This document shows, piece by piece, positions 27,949-37,567 of a stretch of DNA of 64,000 nucleotides (positions are counted from its first letter, which is position 1; each line of letters starts with the position of its first letter). The DNA is from an uncultured Thermoplasmatales archaeon. Its GTDB lineage: Archaea > Thermoplasmatota > E2 > DHVEG-1. Below the pieces are notes generated by a model that did not search any database, was not told the origin of the DNA, and saw only the letters and a program-made list of their open reading frames with translations. A program made the translations under genes and the position numbers. Location: NCBI GenBank assembly GCA_964518165.1, contig CAZFFN010000126.1, positions 11,275-75,274 on the forward strand, written 5' to 3'.

Positions 27949-29475
27949 ATGAGAAAAAACTTCAAATTAAAAATTTTTATTTATATCGTTTTTTCTATAC
28001 TTTTTCTGGGTTTAATCAATATTTCATCAGCTCAACCCTATGTTGGTGAGGATGATAGATATCTAAAAGAAGTGGAAATGAATACTGAAGAAACTTTTTA
28101 TTGGACAGTATATAAAAATTCATCCATTGATTATTCTGTAAATGTAGAGGTGAATGGATTAAGAGATTGGGCTACAAATATTGCTCCTTCTAATTTTGTA
28201 TTGTCTTCAGAAAACACCTATGAGGTTGTAACTCTTAATTTTAAAATACCTAAGTATCCCGATGTTGAAAATCTAAAAGGCAGTATAAGTTTTATATATC
28301 GACCTCTCAATAGTTCTGATAAAACTACTATTGAAAAAGATTTTAGTATAAATATCGTTGGAATTTATGACGGGAGAGAAAACACAATTTTCGGTGGTTT
28401 TACAAATCCACTACCCGCTCCTTTAAACAATTCTTATGGTGCTTTACTTATCAATATATTTATTTGGATAATAATTTCACTTGTTATTTACTTTATAATA
28501 AAATATATATTGCTTGGTCTTGCAAAAAAAACCAAAACAGAGTTTGATGATGCAGTTATTGAAATTGTTAGAAAACCGATTTTTCTGATTATATTTTTAT
28601 ATGGGCTTATTGTCTCAATAATTCGATTTGGAATAAATATTGGGTACCAGGCTTCGTTATTTCAAATATATTTTTTGATTGTTGTAATATTTGGAATTTA
28701 TATCTTTTATAGGGTATTTAATGAAGTTTTAGATGAGATAACAAAGAAAAAAGGTGGTAAAGATAGTACATTTGCTACAACCTTAAAGCCGGTATTAAAC
28801 AAAGTTGGAGTTGTCATAATTGTTATTGGAGGTCTAATATTTGGTTTAAGTGCTGTGGGAATCGAAGTTACAGCGCTTCTGGCTGGTGCAGGTGTGATGG
28901 GTCTTGTTCTTGCTTTTGCCGCCCAAGACACTCTTTCAAATTATTTCAGCGGAATTCACCTACTTCTAGATAGACCTTTTAAAATTGGAGACATAATTTT
29001 ACTTGATAGCGGGGAATATTGTAAAGTACTTAATATTGGTATGAGATCTACTAAATTATATAGTCTATTTGAACATGAATCGATTGTTTTACCTAACAAC
29101 ACAGTTGCAAATCAAAAAATTGTAAATATCGTTCAGCCGGACACAAAAATTAGAAAAAAAGTGGAGGTTAGCGTTGCATATGGTTCTGATCTTAAAAAAG
29201 TTTATAAGATTCTAGAAGAAGTAACAAAAAGCCATCCTGATGTTATAGTAAAAAAAGGATTTGATGTATTTGTTAGGTTCACTGAATTTGGGGACTCTGG
29301 ACTTAAGTTCATGGTTATCTTTTGGGTTGAAGATGTAATGAACCAATGGAGAGCTATGAGTGAAATAAGAACAGGGATTGATAAAAGGTTCAGAGAGGAA
29401 GGAGTCACTGTTCCGTTCCCTCAAAGAACTGTATGGATAAAAAAACCTAAAAAAGAAGATAACAAAGAAAAATAA
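27949..29475 (+). CDS. MscS-family mechanosensitive channel with N-terminal extracellular domain
   Basis: Signal peptide, TM helices, and the MscS pore/beta-domain signature LSNYFSGIHLLLDRPFKIGDII...VLPNNTVANQKIVN. Confidence 0.8.
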   Translation: MRKNFKLKIFIYIVFSILFLGLINISSAQPYVGEDDRYLKEVEMNTEETFYWTVYKNSSIDYSVNVEVNGLRDWATNIAPSNFVLSSENTYEVVTLNFKIPKYPDVENLKGSISFIYRPLNSSDKTTIEKDFSINIVGIYDGRENTIFGGFTNPLPAPLNNSYGALLINIFIWIIISLVIYFIIKYILLGLAKKTKTEFDDAVIEIVRKPIFLIIFLYGLIVSIIRFGINIGYQASLFQIYFLIVVIFGIYIFYRVFNEVLDEITKKKGGKDSTFATTLKPVLNKVGVVIIVIGGLIFGLSAVGIEVTALLAGAGVMGLVLAFAAQDTLSNYFSGIHLLLDRPFKIGDIILLDSGEYCKVLNIGMRSTKLYSLFEHESIVLPNNTVANQKIVNIVQPDTKIRKKVEVSVAYGSDLKKVYKILEEVTKSHPDVIVKKGFDVFVRFTEFGDSGLKFMVIFWVEDVMNQWRAMSEIRTGIDKRFREEGVTVPFPQRTVWIKKPKKEDNKEK

Positions 29476-29479
29476 TCTT

Positions 29480-29911
29480 TTATTTTTTTAATATTCTATT
29501 TGCTTTTTTGAGTAAAATTTTTGAATTTTTAAAAGTCAATCTATCAAGTGCTTTATTATATTTAAACCATTCATAATCTTGATGTTCATGAGATAAGTTT
29601 ACATTAAAAGTATCACTTTCTACTAAGAAAAAAACTACTTCTTTATAAATTGTATTATTATTTTTTTTGAAATAATAACTTATTTTTTCTTTATAATCAT
29701 CAATTAATTTTAGATTTTCTTTTTTTAGCCCTGTTTCTTCAAATGCTTCTCGAAACATTGTTTCTTTTTCTGATTCATCTTCTTCGATATGTCCCTTTAC
29801 AAATCCCCAGTGACCGATACTATACTTTAAAAGTAGAAATTTATCTTCTTTATAAATTACTGCTCCACTTGACTTTTCCATATTTTGTATCACTAATTTT
29901 TTGGTTAGCAA
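29480..29911 (-). CDS. Nudix hydrolase
   Basis: Nudix box GHWGFVKGHIEEDESEKETMFREAFEETGL. Confidence 0.85.
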   Translation of the reverse strand: MLTKKLVIQNMEKSSGAVIYKEDKFLLLKYSIGHWGFVKGHIEEDESEKETMFREAFEETGLKKENLKLIDDYKEKISYYFKKNNNTIYKEVVFFLVESDTFNVNLSHEHQDYEWFKYNKALDRLTFKNSKILLKKANRILKK

Positions 29912-30035
29912 TATTTATGTTATAAGGTTTTTTCTTTTTTAAAACGTTGATTATCGATATAAATGTACCAAAACTTTATATAGAAGTAGTTATACATATA
30001 TATTGATAAATAAATAGAAATTGTGAGAAGAGATT

Positions 30036-30971
30036 ATGAAAAATAAAGAAATAAATTCAATAGAGGAAATAATTGAATGCCCTGAATGTAAAAGCGAAAA
30101 ACTTACAAAAGATTACAACAGAGCAGAAATTGTCTGTAACAGATGTGGCCTTGTTATAGACGAAAACTTAATAGATTACGGTCCAGAGTGGCGTGCTTTT
30201 GATAGCGAACAAAAACAAAAAAGAGCAAGAACAGGAATGCCAATGACACCATTAATGCATGATAAAGGACTTACAACCACAATAGATTGGAAAAATAGAG
30301 ACTTTTATGGAAGATCAATACCAAACAGAAATAGATCTAGAGTATATAGGCTAAGAAAATGGCAGAGAAGGCTTAGAACAAGCCAATACCAAGAACGAAA
30401 CCTAATGGAAGCACTAAGAAACCTTGATAGAATGTCTTCTTCCCTTGCACTTCCAAGATCGGTAAGGGAAAACTCAGCAATGATTTATAGAAAAGCAATG
30501 GATAAAAACCTAATTAGAGGTAGAAGCATAGATGGAGTAGTTGCTGCAACGATATATGCAGCATGTAGACAATGTAATGTTCCAAGAACACTTGATGAAA
30601 TAAGCCAAAAAACAGGGATAAAAAGAAAAGAAATTGGTAGAAACTATAGACATATAAATAAATCATTAAAACTAAACCTCAGACCAACTAAACCAAAACA
30701 ATACTTAACACGATTCTGTAACGATCTTGACTTAAGTTCAAAAACTAGAGCAAAAGCCGACAATATCCTAAAAAAAGCTACAAATAAAGAACTTGTAAGT
30801 GGCAGAGGACCAATAGGACTTGCTGCTGCATCATTATACATGGCATCTGTTTTATCAGGTGAAAAAAGAACCCAGAAAGAAATCGCAGAAACATCAGGTG
30901 TTACAGAAGTTACAATTAGAAATAGATACAAAGAACTAGCTGATAGATTAAGCATTAAAATTGCAGTATAA
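30036..30971 (+). CDS. tfb: Transcription initiation factor IIB (TFB), copy 2
   Basis: 311 aa, collinear with copy 1 (CPECKS...CNRCG Zn ribbon, GPEWRAFD, cyclin repeats). Confidence 0.9.
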   Translation: MKNKEINSIEEIIECPECKSEKLTKDYNRAEIVCNRCGLVIDENLIDYGPEWRAFDSEQKQKRARTGMPMTPLMHDKGLTTTIDWKNRDFYGRSIPNRNRSRVYRLRKWQRRLRTSQYQERNLMEALRNLDRMSSSLALPRSVRENSAMIYRKAMDKNLIRGRSIDGVVAATIYAACRQCNVPRTLDEISQKTGIKRKEIGRNYRHINKSLKLNLRPTKPKQYLTRFCNDLDLSSKTRAKADNILKKATNKELVSGRGPIGLAAASLYMASVLSGEKRTQKEIAETSGVTEVTIRNRYKELADRLSIKIAV

Positions 30972-30993
30972 ACCTTTTTATTTCTACCTTAAC

Positions 30994-31395
30994 TTATTTA
31001 GTTTTTTTAAAATCAACAGATACTGAATTTATACAATACCGTTTACCAGTAGGTTTTGGACCATCATTAAAAACATGACCAAGATGACCATTACAAATTT
31101 TACATAAAACTTCAGTTCTAAGCATCCCCTGGCTAAAATCTTTTTTTAATTCGACTGAATTCTCATTAATAACATCATAAAAACTTGGCCAACCAGAACC
31201 AGAATTAAATTTTGTATCAGAAGAAAATAATTTGTTTTTACATCCTTTACATAGATAAATTCCTTTCTCTTCGTTGGTCAAATATTTACCAGTAAAAGGA
31301 GGTTCAGTACCTTTTTTTCTAAGTACTTTATATTCTTCTTTGGAAAGTTTCTTTTTCCATTCTCTTTCTGAACCAGGTAATTCCTTATTGCCCAT
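30994..31395 (-). CDS. msrB: Peptide methionine-(R)-sulfoxide reductase MsrB
   Basis: GWPSF, CxxC...CxxC zinc site, HLGHVFNDGP, RYCINS. Confidence 0.9.
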   Translation of the reverse strand: MGNKELPGSEREWKKKLSKEEYKVLRKKGTEPPFTGKYLTNEEKGIYLCKGCKNKLFSSDTKFNSGSGWPSFYDVINENSVELKKDFSQGMLRTEVLCKICNGHLGHVFNDGPKPTGKRYCINSVSVDFKKTK

Positions 31396-31523
31396 ATTTG
31401 ATCATATTGCAAAAAAATAGGGACTATATAAAATGATATTATGATAAGAAATTAATTTTTTTTTGTTAAATCATATATAAAAATTCCAATAGTTTCATAT
31501 AAAAAAGAAAGTATTTAGAAACA

Positions 31524-32159
31524 ATGGCTGTAAACGATGATAAAAAAGAAATTATTGCATCATATCTTACACAGACAGTAATAATAATTACTTTAATTCT
31601 AGCAATTTTAGTTAAACAATGGATATGGGTGATAGGTGCACTAGTTGGTATTATAATTACCTTTTTACCAAAAATCCTAAAAAAAGATACTCCTTTTGAT
31701 TTACCTTGGTCCATAGATGTTTTAATTGCTACTGTTTTTGGTTTAAATACTGCAGGAATCCTACTAAACGCATATGATTTAATACCTGGTTTTATAGTTA
31801 TAACTCAGGTTCTGTTTTCTGTATTAACTGCTTTTTTTTCGTTTGCAATAATATATATTTTACACATATACTGGGATGGTCTTATAATGAATAGATATGC
31901 TATGGCCTTTTTAGTAGCTGTAACTACAATGGCATCAGCAGTGGTTCTAGAATTTATAAAATGGTTTAAAATATTTGGCAGAAAACAAACAACTGTTGAA
32001 GGAGTTTTATTATCTCTTTTAGTTAGTACTATCTCGGGGATAATAACTGCATTGGTTGGAGTAAACTTGATAGTAAGTGGTAAATTCGATGAAATAACTG
32101 AAGATCTAGGTAAACAGATTGATTCAAAAATAATTAAGAGAAATAAAAAAGAAAAATAA
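31524..32159 (+). CDS. Integral membrane protein, hypothetical (5-6 TM)
   Basis: 211 aa hydrophobic. The overlapping minus-strand ORF 31466..31714 is judged spurious. Confidence 0.5.
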   Translation: MAVNDDKKEIIASYLTQTVIIITLILAILVKQWIWVIGALVGIIITFLPKILKKDTPFDLPWSIDVLIATVFGLNTAGILLNAYDLIPGFIVITQVLFSVLTAFFSFAIIYILHIYWDGLIMNRYAMAFLVAVTTMASAVVLEFIKWFKIFGRKQTTVEGVLLSLLVSTISGIITALVGVNLIVSGKFDEITEDLGKQIDSKIIKRNKKEK

Positions 32160-32177
32160 ATTTTTTAGAAATTATTT

Positions 32178-34223
32178 TCAAAACAATTTTTTATTTTTGT
32201 ATATTTCCCTAAGTGGTATATAAAACACTAATACTGCAATGAATAACCACAAAATCAATGAAGGTAGTGTTGGTGGGATATCAAACATTACAAAATCAAG
32301 CCCCATAATAATTAAGAAAGCTACAACAACACCAGTTAAAGCTTCACCTGCAATTAAACCTGCTGTAAATAATAAACCAGTTCTTACAATTTTTTCTTTA
32401 GGTTTTACTTCTGTTTGTTTTATCGCAAGCTCCCACTCACTTGATTCCTCATCATCGCCATTACCAAAGTATTTTTTAATTTTTTTATCTGTTAAATAAC
32501 GTATTATTCCTCCAGCAAATATTGGTGTTGCAAGAGTAAATGGAAGATATATACCAATAGCAACTGGCAGAACAGGTATATCTATAAGAATTAAAACAAG
32601 TGCAAGAACTACCCCTGCTAAAACAAACGGCCATACCATATCTCCACCAAGAACGCCTCTAACTACACCATTCATTAGAAAAGCCTGTGGCGCAGGTAGA
32701 TTGATACTGCCGATTTCATATGCTTTATCAAGGGCTTGTACAACAAATGCAAGTACAGGTGCTGCTGCAAGTATCCCTATGAGTTCAGCGATCTGCTGCT
32801 TATAAGGCGTTGCACCAATCATTTGACCTGCAGTCATAGATTGAAGGACGTCCCCTGAAATTGCTGCACAGCAAGCAATTACTGCGGCTATAAGTAAAGC
32901 TATCCCAAATGCGGCTGTACTTCCACCAAGCCCCAGTCCAAAAAGAATTAAAGATGTTAAAAGTAGCACAGAAACTGTAACACCAGAAGTCGGATTGTTT
33001 GATGAGCCTACAAGACCTGCCATGTATCCAGCTATAGCACTAGCAATAAAAGCAAACAATATTGCAAAAATTGCCATTATTCCAGATATAAAATAATTAT
33101 TTGATATCCATACATAAACTAGAAAAACCGGTATTGTAAGTGCACCTATAGTTAAAAATACATATTTAAAATTAAGATCTTTATCAGTTCGTTTTTTTGT
33201 ATCTTTATGCCCACTTTTTATTCCTATTACTGCCTCTTTTATTCCATCTGCTAAGTTATGACGTAATTTAAATATTGTATATAGTCCACCTACAACCATT
33301 GCACCTACACCAATGTATCTAATGTAGTTACCCCATATCTCAAAAAAACCCCAGATTACTTTTCCAACCTCAAGATTTCCGCCTCCAAGAGAAATAGCAT
33401 CAGTAATTTGAGCTTCAGTGATAGGTGTTGGAATACCAGTTGCTAGTGATACGAGAGGAGCAATAATAACCCAACCAATAAGACCACCGACAAATACAAA
33501 CGATGATATTTTTGGCCCAATTATCCAACCGACACCAAGAAGTGCAGGTGAAGTTGCAATTCCGCCATATAACATTCCCTCATTGTTTTGGAGTCCAATA
33601 TTATATTTTCCTATACTAATAATTCCTTGTATTCTTCCAGCTAATGCATGAAGTCCTACCTGGGCATATTTTAATGAAGCACCTAATAAAGCTCCAATCA
33701 ATAACCAGACTGGTTTAACGCCTGATTCTCGTTTTTTCTTTGCTTTTTTTCCTCCAACTGTAGTTGTTAAAACAGCTGCGACTGCAACACCTTCAGGAAA
33801 AGGTAAATCAGTTTTAATTATAAGAGCACGTCTAAGTGAAACCATCCATAACACACCAAGTATGCCACCAAGTGCTGCAATAATAGTAGTTTCAAGATAA
33901 TGAATTTCAGTCCATGCGCCAAGTAGTACCATTGCTGGAATTGTAAATATTACACCAGCAGCAAGTGCCGTTCCTGCTGCGGCCCCCATCATACCAATGT
34001 TTACTTCTAAAATTGTTCCTTTTAATGGTTTTAGTAAAGCAAAAGCTAAAACTGCTCCAGGTATTGCTGCAGAAACTGTCATTCCTGCATATAATCCAAA
34101 GTAAGCATTAGCTGACCCTAGGACAATTGCTAAGAATGCTCCGACTAGCATTGCTTTTAGTGTTAATTCTGGCATTTCTACTTTTGCAGGTATAAATGAT
34201 TTAAAGTTTTCTCTGTCAAACAT
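32178..34223 (-). CDS. OPT-family oligopeptide transporter
   Basis: 681 aa polytopic protein with an OPT-family-like N-terminus (PELTLKAMLVGAFLAIVLGSANAYFGLYAGMTVSAAIPGAV). Confidence 0.75.
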   Translation of the reverse strand: MFDRENFKSFIPAKVEMPELTLKAMLVGAFLAIVLGSANAYFGLYAGMTVSAAIPGAVLAFALLKPLKGTILEVNIGMMGAAAGTALAAGVIFTIPAMVLLGAWTEIHYLETTIIAALGGILGVLWMVSLRRALIIKTDLPFPEGVAVAAVLTTTVGGKKAKKKRESGVKPVWLLIGALLGASLKYAQVGLHALAGRIQGIISIGKYNIGLQNNEGMLYGGIATSPALLGVGWIIGPKISSFVFVGGLIGWVIIAPLVSLATGIPTPITEAQITDAISLGGGNLEVGKVIWGFFEIWGNYIRYIGVGAMVVGGLYTIFKLRHNLADGIKEAVIGIKSGHKDTKKRTDKDLNFKYVFLTIGALTIPVFLVYVWISNNYFISGIMAIFAILFAFIASAIAGYMAGLVGSSNNPTSGVTVSVLLLTSLILFGLGLGGSTAAFGIALLIAAVIACCAAISGDVLQSMTAGQMIGATPYKQQIAELIGILAAAPVLAFVVQALDKAYEIGSINLPAPQAFLMNGVVRGVLGGDMVWPFVLAGVVLALVLILIDIPVLPVAIGIYLPFTLATPIFAGGIIRYLTDKKIKKYFGNGDDEESSEWELAIKQTEVKPKEKIVRTGLLFTAGLIAGEALTGVVVAFLIIMGLDFVMFDIPPTLPSLILWLFIAVLVFYIPLREIYKNKKLF

Positions 34224-34382
34224 TTAATTCACTTTATAATATAAACTTCTAAATATTTAAAATTAATGAATTATTTAAAGAATCATATATAAATACATAA
34301 TTCGTGGGATCGCTGAGAATTATTGTAGGTCTTTCTGGGGTCTTTTACGATGATTACTGTTTTTACACTGCTTTTTGTAAAA

Positions 34383-34435
34383 AAGGGAAATTAAATCTTA
34401 TTAAAACTTTTTTCCCTTCTTAATATCTTTTTTTT
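34383..34435 (+). terminator. Hairpin (AAGGGAAA / TTTCCCTT, 20-nt loop) followed by a T8 tract inside a 390-nt intergenic region
   Basis: The inverted repeat and T-run are seen directly in the sequence. The flanking genes are divergent, so a terminator here implies a short unannotated transcript. Confidence 0.3.
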
Positions 34436-34614
34436 GAGTTTTTTTTATAAAAAATGATTTTAGCAAGGTCAGAATAATTGTTTTCATTTTACAAAAAAAT
34501 ATACTATTTATTTTAATTAACGAATTGAATAAAAAATAAGATCAAGATTATTGGCAACAAATAAAAAGTCTTAAAAACCCAAAAATTTTTTATTGATCTT
34601 CAAATACTATCTAT

Positions 34615-35220
34615 ATGATATATTGGTTACTACCCATTTTGGTAGGACTTAGCGTAATATTAGCATATAAAATATATAATTTCGTTAAATATGATGTCCA
34701 TCGTCCCATGCTTAATTTCGTTGCTGAAAAATACGAGTATCCTCTAAAAATAGTTGAAATCGGGGTATTCTTTGGTACCAACGCTTGCAGAATGTTTAAA
34801 AAACTTGATGTAAAAAAAATGTTCCTTATAGATCCCTATAAGAAATACCAAGATTATGAAAAAGAAAAAAATGTTTTACTAAAACTAGCTCTTCCTTCCT
34901 CATTTAAAACAGCATTGTTTGTGCTGAACGGATATGCTAATCGTGTTGTTCCTCTGCAGATGAAATCTGAAGATGCTGTTGATTTCATTCCTGATGATCT
35001 TGACATGGTTTATATAGATGGTAATCATGAGTATGAATATGTGAAAAAGGATATAAACATATATTATGAAAAGGTTAAATCCGGTGGAATCATTGGAGGG
35101 CACGATATCAAAGGAAATTCAAATGAGGATAATGTACATAGAGCAGTATTTGAATTCGCAGATAAAAAAAATTTATTTGTTCATGTTGAAGCACCCGACT
35201 GGTGGATAATAAAAATATAG
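34615..35220 (+). CDS. N-terminally membrane-anchored class I SAM-dependent methyltransferase (TylF/Methyltransf_24-like)
   Basis: TM at the N-terminus. VEIGVFFGTNA is glycine-rich motif I, and DMVYIDGNHEYEYV...GGIIGGHD is typical of the TylF/MycF-like fold. Confidence 0.5.
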   Translation: MIYWLLPILVGLSVILAYKIYNFVKYDVHRPMLNFVAEKYEYPLKIVEIGVFFGTNACRMFKKLDVKKMFLIDPYKKYQDYEKEKNVLLKLALPSSFKTALFVLNGYANRVVPLQMKSEDAVDFIPDDLDMVYIDGNHEYEYVKKDINIYYEKVKSGGIIGGHDIKGNSNEDNVHRAVFEFADKKNLFVHVEAPDWWIIKI

Positions 35221-35280
35221 GTAAAAGATTGTTTGCAAAAAAAGCATCAATCTCACAGTTTTTTTTCCTGTTGGAGAATA

Positions 35281-35353
35281 TGGGCCCGCCGAGATTTGAA
35301 CTCGAGTTACTACCACCCCAAGGTAGAAGGATGCCAAGCTACCCCACGGGCCC
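35281..35353 (-). tRNA. tRNA-Pro (anticodon GGG)
   Basis: Minus strand GGGCCCG-TG-GGGT-AGCTTGGCA-TCCT-T-CTACC-TTGGGGT-GGTAG-TAAC-TCGAG-TTCAAAT-CTCGG-CGGGCCC-A. It has a 7-bp acceptor stem, U8, A14, G18, G19, A21, a 5-bp anticodon stem, G37, a TTCAAAT T-loop and no encoded CCA. Confidence 0.85.
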
Positions 35354-35453
35354 GTGATAGTATAGTGAAATACGATTTTTGATACAAAAACTTATTTAAA
35401 ATTTGAGATTAAAAAAATTTAAAAAGAAATCTTACTTCACTAGGAATCTAATA

Positions 35454-35720
35454 ATGAATGGTTTTACTATAGAATTAATTGGAATACTAGCAGGAAGTCT
35501 AACATCAATGGGTTTTATTCCACAGCTAATAAAAGGGTATAAAACTAAAAAACTAGATGATGTCTCATATTATATGCCAACATTACTTGCATTTGGTATG
35601 TTCCTATGGTTAACATATGGTATCCTAATTAGATCCATAGCAGTAATTGCAGCTAATCTATTTAGTATAATATGTAATTTAACTCTAATATTAATGAAAA
35701 GATATTACTCAAAAAAGTAA
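35454..35720 (+). CDS. SemiSWEET / PQ-loop (MtN3-like) 3-TM transporter
   Basis: About 88 aa from ATG 35454, with GFIPQLIKGYKTKKLDDVS (PQ motif) and LWLTYGI. The track's upstream start at 35403 adds an unlikely basic extension. Confidence 0.6.
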   Translation: MNGFTIELIGILAGSLTSMGFIPQLIKGYKTKKLDDVSYYMPTLLAFGMFLWLTYGILIRSIAVIAANLFSIICNLTLILMKRYYSKK

Positions 35721-35721
35721 A

Positions 35722-36285
35722 TTATTGCTCAAGTGTTGCATGCCTGCTACGCATATCTTCTTCACATTCGCCTATGCTATTGAGTAGATCAGCAATAATT
35801 CCATCAAACAAAATCCATACACTTGCTTCAAACAAAGTTCCAAGTGGCGCATATTTTTCACGTTCAATTTCTTTACAATTTGCGGAAATAAAAAGAGTGA
35901 TATCCGCAAATTTAGCAATATCTGAATCTTTTTTACCAGTGATTGAAATTACTTTAGCACCCAAGTTATTTGCAATCTCAGCAGTCATAACAGCAGGAAT
36001 GGTCTCACCAGAACCAGAAACAATAACAACTAGATCCCCTTCTTTTACAGGAGCAGTTATTGTTTCACCTACGACAAAAGTTTGCTTTCCTAAATGAACA
36101 AGTCTAATTGCAAAGGCTTTAGCAACAAGACCTGATCTGCCTGCCCCATATACAAAGATTCTGTTTGAATTTAAAAAAAGTTTTTTACATCTATCAATAT
36201 CCTTTTGAGAAACAGCTAAAAGAATATCTTTTAATTTTTTTTGAATATAATTTACAGATTTTTTGAAAACAGGTTCACTACTCAT
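35722..36285 (-). CDS. SIS-domain 6-phospho-3-hexuloisomerase (PHI)-like
   Basis: IFVYGAGRSGLVAKAFAIRL, VVIVSGSGET, 187 aa. Confidence 0.7.
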   Translation of the reverse strand: MSSEPVFKKSVNYIQKKLKDILLAVSQKDIDRCKKLFLNSNRIFVYGAGRSGLVAKAFAIRLVHLGKQTFVVGETITAPVKEGDLVVIVSGSGETIPAVMTAEIANNLGAKVISITGKKDSDIAKFADITLFISANCKEIEREKYAPLGTLFEASVWILFDGIIADLLNSIGECEEDMRSRHATLEQ

Positions 36286-37154
36286 ATAATCTCCGAAAGA
36301 TCTCTGTAATCTGCTTCTTCTCTTTCAACTCTTTTCATTAGAGCTTTCTCAACTTGAAGCCGGATATATACTGCATCGTGCTCAACAAGAGGAGACTCAG
36401 AAATAAATGTTACATCTTTTTGCGTATCAAGAATATATTCAATCAAAGGATTAATTGGCATATCTCCCTTTTTGATAGGAATATGATAATATTCATTACC
36501 ATTTTCATATAAAACACCAGTTAAATGAATTAGATATTTATCAAGTTTTAAATCTTCAAGCTTTTCAAATACGAGTTCAAAATCCTCACGTTTTTTTAGA
36601 ATCCCATTATTCCTAGCGTGAATATGACCAAGACCTATAACAGGAAAAACACCTTTTACATTTTTACAAATTTCAATTATTTCATCAAGACTACCAAATA
36701 CTTTTTGTTTTCCCATAGTCTCAAGACCAAGTTTTGCTTTGATCTTGTTTTTCTTCATTGATGAATGGATTTTTTTAACACTTTTAGTAATTTTTTTCAT
36801 TGTTTTCTTAGGTGTATCATCACCATAAAAACCAGGATGAACAACAACTGTTTTTGCACCCATCTTATCAGCAAGTTCAGCTGAATATAAAATTTTATCA
36901 ATACTTAAATCAAGTTCATCACCAGTTCCAGCTAAATTAATATAATAAGGAGCATGAACATGTAATTCAATATCGTAATCTTCAGCAAACTCTCTCATAA
37001 AATTTGCTTCTTCATCTTCCATTACATAAAGTCCTCTAACAAATTGAACTTCCATAGCGTTTAAATCAAGTACTTCTTGAGTGTAAACTAATCCGTCTTT
37101 GTTTGTTCTGCCTTTACATGATAATGGAATTCCTGCTGGGCCAATTCTAATCAT
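36282..37154 (-). CDS. nfo: Endonuclease IV (AP endonuclease family 2, TIM barrel)
   Basis: HAPYYINLAG matches the family-2 signature H-x-x-Y-[LIVMF]-[IM]-N-[LIVMCA]-[AG]. VVHPGFYGDD, 290 aa. Confidence 0.7.
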   Translation of the reverse strand: MIRIGPAGIPLSCKGRTNKDGLVYTQEVLDLNAMEVQFVRGLYVMEDEEANFMREFAEDYDIELHVHAPYYINLAGTGDELDLSIDKILYSAELADKMGAKTVVVHPGFYGDDTPKKTMKKITKSVKKIHSSMKKNKIKAKLGLETMGKQKVFGSLDEIIEICKNVKGVFPVIGLGHIHARNNGILKKREDFELVFEKLEDLKLDKYLIHLTGVLYENGNEYYHIPIKKGDMPINPLIEYILDTQKDVTFISESPLVEHDAVYIRLQVEKALMKRVEREEADYRDLSEII

Positions 37155-37238
37155 AAATTATATCCTCTTCAAATTAATTAGATACTTCTATCTTATATAT
37201 TTTATTATTACAAAAAGTAGTACAAATTATATCTTTTA

Positions 37239-37493
37239 TTATGCTATCTCCTCAAGTACACTCATAATATTCCAAATAAGTGTTCTGCCATGAAGTGGTA
37301 TATTTGGATCATTAGCCATATCATCTAATCTTGAAGAAGCAGTAGCAACTCTTACATCCAAAGGATCTTTTTCATTTAATAGAGATGTTTTTACTTCTTC
37401 AGCACCTCGTCTTATATTTCTTGGAATCGAATTATCTTCATTTAGCATATCAAGTCCATCACATACTTGTTCAATTTTATTTTCCGTTGACAT
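37239..37493 (-). CDS. UPF0147-family small archaeal protein
   Basis: 84 aa with the SIPRNIRRGAEE motif typical of UPF0147. Confidence 0.6.
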   Translation of the reverse strand: MSTENKIEQVCDGLDMLNEDNSIPRNIRRGAEEVKTSLLNEKDPLDVRVATASSRLDDMANDPNIPLHGRTLIWNIMSVLEEIA

Positions 37494-37567
37494 AGCAAAT
37501 CACCCTAAATATATTTGATACTTCCAGCACTGTATAAAGGTTTTAAATAAAAATATTTGGGAAAAAA

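Noticed and set aside
31466-31714. Minus-strand 82-aa ORF overlapping the 31524..32159 membrane protein
   Set aside because: The plus frame gives a long coherent polytopic protein. The minus frame is short with no RBS.
34290-34380. Possible C/D box sRNA in the long intergenic region (CTGA and ATGATT elements present)
   Set aside because: No proper RUGAUGA C box or correctly ordered C/D'/C'/D arrangement on either strand. The similarity is limited to a CTGA and a GATGATT, so only the hairpin and T-tract are reported.
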